DNA from: Rhodosorus marinus CCMP1338
Lineage: Eukaryota; Plantae; Rhodophyta
DNA: 64,000 nt
Direction: 5' to 3'
NCBI GenBank assembly: GCA_029953675.1
Contig: JAMWBK010000002.1
Coordinates: 558,001-622,000 of the forward strand
Shown here piece by piece: positions 11,173-22,368 of this stretch; within the stretch, counting starts at the first letter, position 1; every line of letters starts with the position of its first letter. Below the pieces are notes generated by a model. That model was not told the DNA's origin, did not search any database, and was given only the letters and a program-made list of their open reading frames with translations. Made by a program: the position numbers and the translations under genes.

Positions 11173-13323
11173 CTAGTACAGAATCCGAGTTCTGATGCTC
11201 GCCGGGAGCTCGGAGATGAGCTTCTTAGTCTCGTCCGAAGTTTTCTTCTCCACGTCGACCACCAGGTAGCCGATCGCAGCGGTGGTCCCTAGCAATTCTG
11301 CGCGAACGTTCGTATCGCATCTTGCAAATATGTCGTTGATATCCTATTCCCATTTAGACCGACAAACACGAGGAGTTAGTACGAGAACGCTTGTTCCCCT
11401 TCGCGGCGTAATCACGTACTCTCAGGACGCCCGCTTTGTTAACGTGAATGTTAAGAATTCTGTGGCATTCGGCGTGGTACGGCAACTCAAGGTTTGGAAA
11501 GTTCACGGCGTTGATTGTTGCTCCGTGGTTCACAAGCTTGATAAGCGCGTTCGCAACCTCCTCGCCAATGTTCGCCTGCACCGTGCGAAAAATCACGCGC
11601 CCGTTAGTACTAAGGCTAAGTTGAGGCGGAAAGGGAGCTGCTTAAAATACCTGTGCTTCCACCGTCGATCCGCCAATGTGCGGAGTTAAGATCGTATTCG
11701 GACAACCTTGAAGGGGATGCTGGAATCCAGGCCCGTTCTTCTCTGGTTCCTTCTCAAAGACGTCAACCGCAGCCCCGGCAACGTGTCCTCTATTGAGAGC
11801 CTTGGCAAGAGCCGACAAGTCAACCACGGTGCCCCGAGATGCGTTGATGAGGTACGATCCCTATAGAGCCGACGAAGCTCACAGCTTGAGTTATTTGGAG
11901 CAAGCCCAGGAGCACAATTATGTAGAGAACATTCTGTGGCGTACTTTCTTCATCATTGCTAACTGCCTTTCTCCGATCAAGTTCACCGTCTCCACAGCCT
12001 TCGGCACGTGGAGCGTCACAAAATCAGCTTCTTCCAAGAGCTCCTCTAAAGTTTCGCACTTTTGTGAGTTGCCCAATGGTAACTTGGGGATTATGTCGTA
12101 GTAGATTACGTGCATGCCGAAGGACTCCGCGAGAACTGCAACCTGAGTTCCTATGTGCCCATACCCAACAATGCCCAGAGTTTTCCCTCGAACTTCCCAA
12201 CAGCCCTTGGAAACCTATGCAACAACAAGCGATTACGCCAATGTCAGTTGGCGGTCCCATGCTCAGCTCAAAACCTTGCTTCCCCACAGAAACTAGTTCT
12301 CATCCATATTATGCAGGGTTCCACCTGACGGAAACCGTGGCTGGGAAAGAACGGATTGTCACTGCAATGGCGAACACGTGGATGAAAAGAAGAAGCCCAT
12401 CGGAAATTGAAGCATTCTGTCTTTTCTTTCCGACGCCAGCCTGTTGCTAAGCTTCTGCTTCAACAGAGCCTCCCGTCCCAGCGACTGCGTCGCAACACCT
12501 GCAGGCGTCCTCGGGAAATGAGTAAGAGCAACTACATACCTTGTTCCATTGTCCACAGTGCAGCTCCATGCTCCTGTCCGGGTACTGTCTGCTCAAGGCA
12601 ATGATTTCCGACGTAACCAGCTCAGCGACTGATCGAGTGTTCGCAAAAGGCGAATTAAACACAGGAATTCCGATTCCTTGTGCATAGTCAAGATCCACTT
12701 GGTCCTGTGCATGAGATACAAGACCCTGCAGTCAGTCGCACAGTCTTATTGATCATTCCAAACGACTGTAGTATCCAGTTTTTATCGTTCTCACCGTTCC
12801 AATGCAAAAGCAGCCAACGCAAAGCAGCCGCTTCGCCGCATCAAGTACCTCTGCTGTTACTTTGGTCTTGCTCCTGATCCCAAGTACGTGAACGTCCTTG
12901 ATCTTCTCTTTCAGCTCCTCTACCGATAAGGCTTTCGGTATTGTCTCAACCTGTAGTACACGGTAATGAGTAGCAATTATCAGTACCACCATTGAGTCAA
13001 TTACTGAATATAACTTGAAGACGTACGGAGAAGCTTTGCCTCTCAAAGAGCTTCACAGCGGTTGCGCTAATGTTCTCCAAGAGCAGGACCTTAATTTTAG
13101 ACTTTGGGAAAGAATATGCAATGCTATCGCTGAGATCATCTATCGAGTGCTCATCCACACCACCCAACGTTAAGTTGGTAGGAAAACTATTCGGCGATGC
13201 ATAAATCGGTGGCGACGTTGAATAGATCCCGCCACCAGTTGGTCCCGTGATCTTCACCGGAGCTGACGGAGAGACCTGAACAGATTTGTTGGACTCGCTC
13301 ATCCCTAATATTCCACAAAACAT
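11173..13323 (-). CDS. serA: D-3-phosphoglycerate dehydrogenase with C-terminal ACT domain (E. coli/yeast type), spliced
   Basis: KIKVLLLENIS, LGIRSKT, CFCIGT, FNSPFANTRSVAEL, ADFVTLHVP, AAVDVFEKEP, NTILTPHIGGSTVEAQ, CHRILNIHVNKAGVL; ends RTRILY*. Confidence 0.96.
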
Positions 13324-14587
13324 CGAAAAACTGTTTTAGATCCAACACGAATCGATACCTACGCCTACTTCCGCATGTAGACGCAAACTCTTACTTCCCG
13401 ATCGAAAGCCACAAAACAACCCCCCCCCCAAAAAAAGAACCTCCCAAGAATGAAATACCCGTTCTCACTAACCCTCCTCAGTTTCCTCCCTCTTTCTCGA
13501 TTCTCGAATAAGCAAGTACATAGCCCGGAGCTTATTCATAGAAATATATAGTCAAACTCGGCCAGGTGGCCCCTCGCCTCAATCATCTTCTCCATCATCC
13601 TGCTGATTCCATCGATGAATTCTCCTCCATTCCGAGCAACCCTAAAATAAATATTTGAAAAACATTTCTTCTACCATTTAGAAAGAATCCGCCTTCGAAG
13701 TTTCCTTTCTGATAAAAACTAGAACTATTCAATAAAACCGACCGGTTCTCCCCGACCGGAAACCAGTTCAACAGAACCCCCCTTTTCATCTAGTAGAAAA
13801 AATGGTTGAATTCACCCCAGCCCCTATATGGGATGTGTCTTTCTTCCTTTTTATTTAATTATAGAATTTTTAGAGACATAGCTGAGTTTTTTGCGAGGAT
13901 ATGAATCTATGTACCCCCTAGACCTTTTGTCGATATTAAGTGGCAGTTTGCTCGCATGAGTCCTTCGAATTATAATATGCCACGCGTCTTTTTTGTTTAC
14001 TGAAGCTAATAAATACAGAGCACGTGTCCCGATCTTTTTTCGTTGGGTCGTTGGCGACGAGAAGTTCCACTCCAATCCGTTGCTGACACTTGGGAAGGAA
14101 ATCATCCTGTCCATTCAAACGAGGGGATGGTGAAAGATCTCGCGGAGGGGGTAAGGGCAGGGCCAGAGCCTTGGTGGAGTATTTTCTTTACTGGATACTT
14201 GGATGATGAGTAGTGCCTCTGCGTCCATTGTATACATCATGTTCCCTGTCTCGCGGGCGTTTGGATTGTGATTACTTCGAACTCAAAACTCTCGTACCCG
14301 GTACGTTGTCTGTCGTGTTGCTCTACCGAGCTTCGCAGATAAACTTCTTACCGCAAGTAGAAATCTTGTCTCGTGCTGCTTGCCAGATACATTAGATTCC
14401 CGACCATATCTCGACAAATTGCATTATTTTTTTCAAGTGTGCTGAAGTTCTGCTAGATCTGCAATCGCGCTAAAGCTGCAGAGAAGTCATAATACTAGCA
14501 TTTTATATAGTGGAATTATTTGCATGTGAGTGGACTGACTCTATTGTGCCTCAAACCTATCAGCCTATGGACCGAAAATAGACTTCA

Positions 14588-15402
14588 TCATGGATGCCGT
14601 GAAAGGTTCTTGATCTCAACGCTGTATAGCGCAACTCCGGCCTTCCTTTCCTCCATATCGAGCACTCGGAACACAACCTGGAAACATAGAAAGGTCATTG
14701 AGCCCTGCGGTAAGGATCCTCATTGTCAACAGCCTGGCGTCGATGGTCCTTACCTCATCCTGTTCGTCGTTACAGATGCGATACTCCTGACCGTTCTACG
14801 AATTGGAATGTCAACGGACAAAAGTAAGTTCAGCTCCTCCATGTGCAAAGCTCGCAAAATCTGACCAACGGAAGTCTCTGAACGTTTGGCCTCACCTGAA
14901 GGTCGTTATCGGTAATCGGTTCATATTCGACTTCCACCACGTCCTCTTCGTCATCAAGTACTATCTCACCCAGAGGAGTTTTCTTGATTATGTTAAAGAA
15001 TGGATCTCGGGTGTGATCGAACGTCGAAAGAGCGTTTTCCTTGTCTACAGCACCTGGATGGATCAACCGCAGAAGCGACAACTCCAAGGTTCAGATCCAA
15101 GCCCAACAATGAAAACTTGGCCTCACAAGGGAGATGCGTATCCTCCAATTCAACAGCTGACAGTTCTCTGCGTTTAACTTACGTTCTTCGCTTTCCTTTG
15201 TTGCCTGCCGAAGCGACTTCCTCTCGTTCTTCGGCGGCGACGGAGAGGCGATATTCTCCGAGTCGACATTTTCGAGTACCCTACTGGGCATAGACTTATT
15301 CCTCCTATGTTCACGTAATTGCAGCGCCTCTGACATCGAGCGGACCAGGCTCAGCTCCTTGAGCACATCGATACGGCCCGAATTTGTTCGAACGCCACTC
15401 AT
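14588..15402 (-). CDS. Hypothetical protein (4 exons)
   Basis: Two ORF-track segments (15091-15402 and 14830-15087) plus two further exons join in frame across GT-AG introns, ending ...VEIKNLSRHP*. No family recognised. Confidence 0.6.
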
Positions 15403-16808
15403 GGTGTTTCAAGTTTCCTCCCTATTCATTCAGCCTCAGCACTAGAGATTCTTTCTCATCCACGTTGTTCCTGTCAGGCTCTATTTCTTGCTATCCACTT
15501 ATGCACATCCCTGTTAAGAATCGTTTCTCTCCAACCCTAACCGGATGACCTATCGATCCCAACTACCCTTGCCTTCAACACGTGCACAGCAGAACTCCGG
15601 ACCACCCTAGCTACTATATCGGGGTCATCAAATAATCAAAGTTTTAAAATACAATTAGGAGTATTTTGATTTCCTTTCAGTCCAACCTTGGGGGGTCCAG
15701 ATTTCTGCACCGATCAGATCCCAAGGATATTTGAATGTCTCAAGTTTTCCCCTTTTTCGAAAAGATTTAATTATTTTGAATTTTGAATCAATTTGGAGAG
15801 TAACGGCGAGGTTCAAGTAGACTAGATGCGGTGAAAAGGGGGTCCCGAAGGGAGTTTCTAGGGACCTAAGGAAACTGCTAATACGAATAGGTCCGAACCT
15901 CACTGAGCAATAGAGCCTTTCCTCTGTCTGAGGAGGACGAAAGCTCTTTATAGCAGTTGAAAGTTACCGCTCGTCTTTTTGTATGGGATGTATCAACCAC
16001 GGTTTTACGGAGTTGGCAACTAGGAACGTAGCATTTTCTCAAGGCTTGCTTCGATTGTGTGATGTCAACGCTGTTCTCATGCCCGGGTCCCCGTCAGAGA
16101 CTTGCCTCAGAATCTAGAAGTAACTGTTCACCAACCCCCAAATAACCAAACAGCTAGCTTAGAAGAAACGCAACATGCTACCTACGTCCATCCATATGTC
16201 AATGAGCACAGCTAATAATCAAAAATTGTGCCGATTATAGCCCATAGCTTTGGGTTAAAAGAACTCGCGGTTCAAGAAAACCTCTCGGGAACGGGAGCCG
16301 GCATGGGAGGTCAAAATTCAAACCGGCAGTCCTTTCCCAAACTGCATGCACACGTTTCCGGAGACACCGCATAACGACCTAGACATCGATTGCCAACTCC
16401 TTAGTATCATCTCATAGCTCACCCAGGCTACACTGAGCACATCTATCCTGTGAAAGAGCTCTTGGCCTTGAAGCAGCAATACCAATACCAAAATTCCAGG
16501 TTCTAGCTCATGAATCTTCAGGTTTTAATACTTAGTCTTCCTTCAAGCTCCTACTCGAAGCAAGACAGTCCGCATCTGCCCTCGCAACCCAACAGTCCTC
16601 GGTTTGGAAAGATAAGAAGGAGTGAATAGGGAAGATTCCTGCCAGGGGTTAGCTTTGACGGATATTAGACAGAAGCGTTGCAAAGGACACTTGCAAACGC
16701 CAGAAAGGTTGGGGGCTAATCAATGTGCTGCACACCTAATGAAGATAGACGCATGACTGAGTGATCATGTACTAATTTTGAGGATCGTAAACTTGGATTT
16801 TTGACTCG

Positions 16809-17924
16809 ATGAGGGTTTCGGGAGTACTTCGTACCTACACCGCCCCGGCTTCGAGCCACGACTACTGCTTGAATCTAGTAAGGTAACTGGATGCCTTTGA
16901 CATCAAAAGTTGAGTGACAGTGGACTGATCTCTTTTTGAATTGGAGGAATTAGGAAGGTCGATTACGATCAGTTTATGCTGAATCTCATGCAGCCGCAAT
17001 CCATAAGACTCGCACACTCCGCGCTACGAGCTTTCAACGTCGAACTGGGAAACGGTATTGAAGCGTAACGATTTCTGACAGGCGGAGAATCCCGCGGACT
17101 TAAGCGCTGACCTTGACTGGTGACTTTTCACAGCCGCGCTTGTGTCTTCGAAGCCACAAATCGGAGAAATGCGCCTTCAATGGTACAAGGAGACGGTTTC
17201 TGAACTTCAATCCAGCGATGTGGCTCCGCAGCAGCCAGCTCTTCAGTGCCTAAAGCAGGCTATGGTTGATTTCAAAATTCATAGATCATGGATGAAACGT
17301 CTTGTTGATGGAAGGGTGAGCACGGGAAAGAGTCGCACATTGAAATCATGGAACCAACGACGATTGAGAGCTAAACGAATAGATCAACTGTCATCTTAGA
17401 TCCGCGAGCTTACACCACCAAAAACGATGGAGGAGATGGAGGAGCAAGTAGAGAGCGTTCATTCATCATTACTGTATGCGCACTTGCAACTGCTTGGAGT
17501 TCAGTCCACAGAAGCAGATCACACAGCCTCGCACTTGGGTAAAGCAGACGGGTTGACGAGAGCAATCTTTAGTGCTCCTTTTGCGGCGTCCAGAGGCCGG
17601 TCGAACGTACCCGCTCAGGTCCGAAGAAAGCACGGTCTGAGCGATGCGGACGCCACCAAACCTCCAACCGGCCCAGACTCAGCTGCGGCAAACGCGTATT
17701 TCGAGATTGCAAGCGTGGCCTGGGTGCATTTAGAACGCGCAAGAAAGGGGAATATGCCAAAGGAGGCATTGCCAGCGTTCATAAACGCATCGGTCATTGA
17801 ATGGCGACTTGAGAGGCTGAGAAAAGCACACTTCGATCCGTTCCAGTCCGACCTCCATCACCCTGGGAATCGATTCCATATAGGTTTCCAGCTGGCGAAG
17901 GCAAGATTACTGAGAAAGTTCTGA
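16809..17924 (+). CDS. NDUFAF6: Complex I assembly factor NDUFAF6 (squalene/phytoene synthase fold), spliced
   Basis: Short basic presequence, then DYCLNLVR|KVDYDQFML..LRAFNVEL, IGEMRLQWYKETV, QPALQCL, TASHLGKADGL and AYFEIASVAWVHLERAR. Confidence 0.9.
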
Positions 17925-18582
17925 GAAAGTTCTGACAAGCGACCTAGAAACGCTTACCAGACCCAAGTCGAAGTTTCTAAGCATGTAATGTCCAGACGTG
18001 GATAAACGTTCATCCGCGGCAAAGCAAAGCGCCGGTGCGTGAGTAGAACAGCATTCTACATGCTCAACGCAGGCAATTGAGAAGAGGCTACTGTCGAGTC
18101 GGTTTGAATGCTGGTAGACCTTGACGCCGGCGGGACAGGCTGAAAACATATCATCACCTCACCCAACAATGAAGAAAGACGTAGAGATGGTGCCTTGTTC
18201 GTTTGGATGGAAACTGGAGTAGTTGAAACACGTCTGAAGGAGTTCCCTCTTGATTGAGCTCGTGGTACTTTAGACTGAAGGGAACTCGTGGACACTTGTC
18301 AGGGAGCTCTGAGGCAACGCACGCAGTATGCAACTCGTTCTTGCTCCTCTGAGACCTTCAGTTCTAAATATCGGCACGAGTTCACCTCGTAGGAGGTCTT
18401 TGGATAATGGGGATCGCCCCTGGTGACTTCCGGAGTGGATCCCAAGACCCATGAGCGGCTGAGCAGAAGTTGATTCATCTTGCATTATGAACCAGCTTTT
18501 CAAACAAAGTAGAATTCAATTCCAGCCCCGAAAAAGCGAAAAACGGTCACTGGAATTGGCTCTCCGGCCACCAACCGCTGCT

Positions 18583-19075
18583 GCCCTTCGACAGGTATTT
18601 TGATGATGAGTCAGCTAGAGGATAGGATGCTGAGTCCAACTCCAGTTACTCAGCTAAGGTTACAGTCGCCGAACTGTTCTTAGAGTCGTCTGATCCGATA
18701 ACGTAGCTGACGATCTTCTACCCAAGGCCAATGTCGATGATGGCTCTTGCCCTTCGGCAGGCGTTTTGATGATGAGTCAGCTAGAGGATAGGTTGTTCTG
18801 TCCCAGTGCAGTTGCCCTAGTTAAGTTTACTACTGTAAACAGTTGCTGAACTGTGCTGAGAGTCCTCTGATCCGATAACGTGACTGACGATCTACTACCC
18901 AAGGCCAATCCGGATGATGGCTCTTGCCCTTCGGCAGGCATTTTGATGATGAGTCAGCTAGAGGATAGGTTCTTATGTCCTAGTGCAGTTGCCCCAGTTA
19001 AGTTTACAGTTGCTGAACTGTGCTGAGAGTTCTCTGATCCGATAACGTAACTGACGATCGACTCCAAAGCCAATC
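18583..19075. repeat. Tandem array of about 3 units of 166-177 bp (exon plus intron units on the minus strand)
   Basis: The invariant 28-mer TTTGATGATGAGTCAGCTAGAGGATAGG occurs three times, as does CTGATCCGATAACGT. The variable parts are GT...AG-bounded segments on the minus strand. Confidence 0.95.
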
Positions 19076-19128
19076 CCAGGCTGGACAAGGAAAAAGTGGG
19101 CAAAAAATCGTATTTCGATAAGCGCCAT
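18680..19128 (-). CDS. Putative small repeat protein from duplicated exons (about 112 aa)
   Basis: ATG at 19128 in AAAATGG context; phase-1 introns at 18958-19007 and 18781-18840; 117-nt exons; stop at 18680-18682. Confidence 0.4.
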
Positions 19129-20389
19129 TTTTGCCTGTCGCCAAAAAAATTCCTCTTAGGTTCTTTTTTTTCGCTGATGGCTCAATCAATCACCAAGTTC
19201 CTATTTATCCATTATGCTTGAGAACAATGACGATTGTTCCAGTCGTCTTAGTATTTTTCAGAAAAGTTAAGGGGTTGAGTCTTGTCAGCGTTTGCCATGG
19301 AAAAAAGTAGAGTATACCCTCCTATGTAAACTATTGAAATAGGTATATTCGATTATAGGAAAAAAGGGGAGGTAAATACATTTTCACTCACCCCTGAGAA
19401 GTTTGGAATAATTACAAAATACGGTCAGGAGGAGGGGTACATCAAAAGCATAGAACATGCCCGGGACATATCTGCAAAATAGTAATATTTTTCAAGGTAT
19501 AAATACTGATCCTATCAAAACCGATCAGGGACACATTGGATAGCATTTCGTTCATATACTTCCATTTTCTAGAAACTTAAACTCTGGTGTTACCCCTTTG
19601 ATCCAGAGCTAAATACAGACATAAATGCTCCATTATATATAAACCTTATGATTTATTGGATCGATACTCCCACTGTCTAAAACCCCCATTCAGAAAGAAA
19701 CTATGACGGTCGGAAATAGTTCCCTAATTTTGCCTTAAAAGTATGGCGCAATATTTGAAATTGAAGAAAAAAACGCATGATATTCGGACGAGAGCTGTAT
19801 TTTTTGGATGAAGGGAGGCAAAAACGAAAATAGCTGATAACATTAACGAAAAAGGATAAATAGGAAACGAACTAATTTTAAGCACCGTGGAAAAGCGTTT
19901 TGCCTATCAGAGGATGACGCTGGAACTCTACCACGCAGGCGGTGAGGGCCCCTTTTTCAGAGAGAGAGTAGATAAGCTGCTTAAGGAGCATTGGTGGGGG
20001 AGGCGGAGTATGATGAGGAAGGTTGGCGAGACTAAGTAGTTCTGTATGTGAGGGATAAAAGAGACGGGTTTTGTTTTGTTTTTCAGAGACAACTGAAGGT
20101 ATTGCCGTACTTGTTTCGACATAGGGTGTTGTGGAGGGGTTGGGGGAGAACAGCGGGGTGGGTCATGCTTGCTAAGTAGAGATCGGAGGGGGAATTTTCT
20201 GAGGTTGAGGCAGTTCATCTGCGTTGTTGGATTGTTTTTTGGATTTGGAGGGGTTTGACTATTTTTGGCGGGGGTGCGTGGTAATCACCGTGTATGACTC
20301 GCGAGCAGAAAGGTCGTATTTGGTCGTGGGGAGAACAAAAGCATTTGCTTTTATCAACTTGGACACGTAGGAAGAGAAGAAAATAATAC

Positions 20390-20537
20390 ATGCAATATGG
20401 TAGGGTTTTTGCGTCGTTAAGAGAGACAGTTGCACTGTCTTCGTTTGTTTGTGGTGCTCGATGTTCACGTCATTCTAAACTCGATGTTCACGTCATTCTA
20501 AACTCGTTGCGTTGTCGGGATCTTCACAGGAGCTTAA
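20390..20537 (+). promoter_or_regulatory. Overlapping out-of-frame uORF (MQYGA*) on the eIF5 mRNA
   Basis: Upstream ATG at 20390 has -3 T and +4 C. The main ATG at 20397 has -3 A and +4 G after splicing of intron 20400-20529. The uORF stop TAA lies in the next exon. Confidence 0.7.
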
Positions 20538-22099
20538 CATAGGAGGAAAGGCAGATGATGAGTTCTTTCGGTATAAGATGCCGCCCCTTCAGGCCAAAGT
20601 TGAAGGAAGGGGAAACGGCATCAAAACTCGAATTGTCAACTGCGCTCAAGTAGCGAAAGCGTTAAAGCGGCCGCCTGGATATGTCTGTAAATTCTTTGGG
20701 TGAGAGGGCCATTCTAGCTGAATTTGGTTGTTCATGGCTGGATCTAACAGCAATATTTGTTTTGGGCAGATGCGAGCTAGGAGCTCAGACCAAGATCAAC
20801 GAAGAGACTGGTGAATACATTGTCAACGGGGCACACACTGTGGAGACGTTGTCCGGTGTCTTGCAAAAGTTCATTCAAATGTTTGTTCTGTGCCGGAGCT
20901 GCGGGCTGCCGGAGACCGATCTCAAGGTCAATGTGAAGTCACATTCGATTAAGGCGAAGTGTACAGCGTGTGGACATGTGGAAGTTGTAGATCTGACCCA
21001 CAAGCTATGCAGTTATATTTTCAGCAACCCTCCTCCAAAAAAGAGGTCAGCACGATCAGCTGGGACTATGGAAACCGATGGGCTGGAGGACATGACGAAA
21101 TCCAAGAGGAAATCGAAAAGCAAAGAGGTAAGACCTTGAACTAAGCCTTCATCGAAAAAATAAAATAAAACATATATATATAATACTCAGAGGTCCTAAC
21201 AAGATGGTGTTTTGTGAATTGTCTTTTTTTTTTTCGTCTCTTTGCTAGGCAGCGAGTGCTGAAGAGCACCCGAAATCGAGCAGCAGGAAGTCTAAGAAGA
21301 AGGGTTCTGAAGAGAATGCAAACGGAGGTTCACTGAGCGGGAATAATTTGAGTGAAGATATGAAGAAGGTAGTGGAGTATCCCAAACTATTTTATTCCAC
21401 CTCGCATTACTGGTCTTGTTCGCAGCCAGGTCACTCACTTCATTGGTTCTTCCAGGTTGCCGTTAACGACAAAAAGCCTTCGAAGAAGAAGGAGCCGATC
21501 AACTCTGTCCAAGAAAAGGTTGCCGTGGAAGAAAAAGTTGGGCAACCCGAGGAGGAAGAGGAAGTAGAAAGTGGACATCCCGTGAGTGAGATGATTAATC
21601 AGGGCATGGGTGCGAAGAAGATCACAAATCGAGTTAAGGAGTTGACACCGAACCCGGCCGAGCAAGCGAGCCTACTTTTTACGGGCTTTCTCCGCGACGT
21701 GTACATGGAGGTGATCGAGAGCGTTATTGAGAGTTTGGTGAAAGCAATGAAAATGCTCGAGATTGCTCCTGAGACCGGGCCTGCCATTTGCTCTTCACTG
21801 GATGAGATAGCCGAGACGGAGTTGCAGGTAAAATTCCGCCCAGCAGATGGCGGTTCTAGCAAGGCGGAGGCCCTATCGTTCATACTCTAAAATTCCATCT
21901 GGTCTTTTTTTTGTGGTTTTATAAGGTTGTTTCGAAGCTCATTGAGGTCGTCAAGCGTTTATACGATGACGACATTGTCGAGGAAGACCACATCAGGGAA
22001 TGGTATGAGAAATCAAAATCTCCGAAAGCGAAGGAGGTGATGACACCCCTCGTTAAGTGGCTCGAGGACGCTGAAGAAGAATCTGAAGATGAACACTAG
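20397..22099 (+). CDS. eIF5: Eukaryotic translation initiation factor 5, spliced
   Basis: M|[37 protein letters not shown]|CELGAQT, a Zn ribbon (CRSC/CTAC), and a W2 domain ([16 protein letters not shown]...[15 protein letters not shown]). Confidence 0.97.
20457..20506 (+). repeat. Perfect 23-bp tandem duplication in an eIF5 intron
   Basis: CTCGATGTTCACGTCATTCTAAA twice, followed by CTCG. Confidence 0.9.
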
Positions 22100-22368
22100 A
22101 AGCTTGCGAATAGTTGGACAAAGTCGTCGTCAGAACCCAACCATTAAAGCGCACACGGAGAACATGATCTTGTCTAATAGTGCTTTTTACAAATTGCAAC
22201 TGCGATAAGACGCTGCGTAGGGTAGAAAAACGCAAGTAGCTCGAAACCCTGGCCTGTGACTCCCTGAGTTCCGCGTTTTCGGACTTTTCCTCGCTGGGAG
22301 CTGACACATTCAAGAAACAAGGCCTCATGCATATTTCCTCTTTTCAACAGTATGCTTTTCCGTTATGC

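Noticed and set aside
14127-14445. Possible small plus-strand spliced gene with a bHLH-like FELKTLVP
   Set aside because: The first donor and the next acceptor are out of phase, and the basic and helix-2 residues are absent.
15913-15946. Hammerhead-like CTGAGGA...GAAA core
   Set aside because: Only 4 nt lie between the core motifs, so there is no stem II. Position 16.1 is C rather than U, and no stem I can form.
18700-19060. CTGACGA in each repeat unit suggesting hammerhead ribozymes
   Set aside because: No GAAA or closing stems follow in any unit.
18583-19075. Tandem array as a CRISPR-like locus
   Set aside because: Eukaryotic context, units of about 170 bp, homologous rather than unique spacers, and no cas genes.
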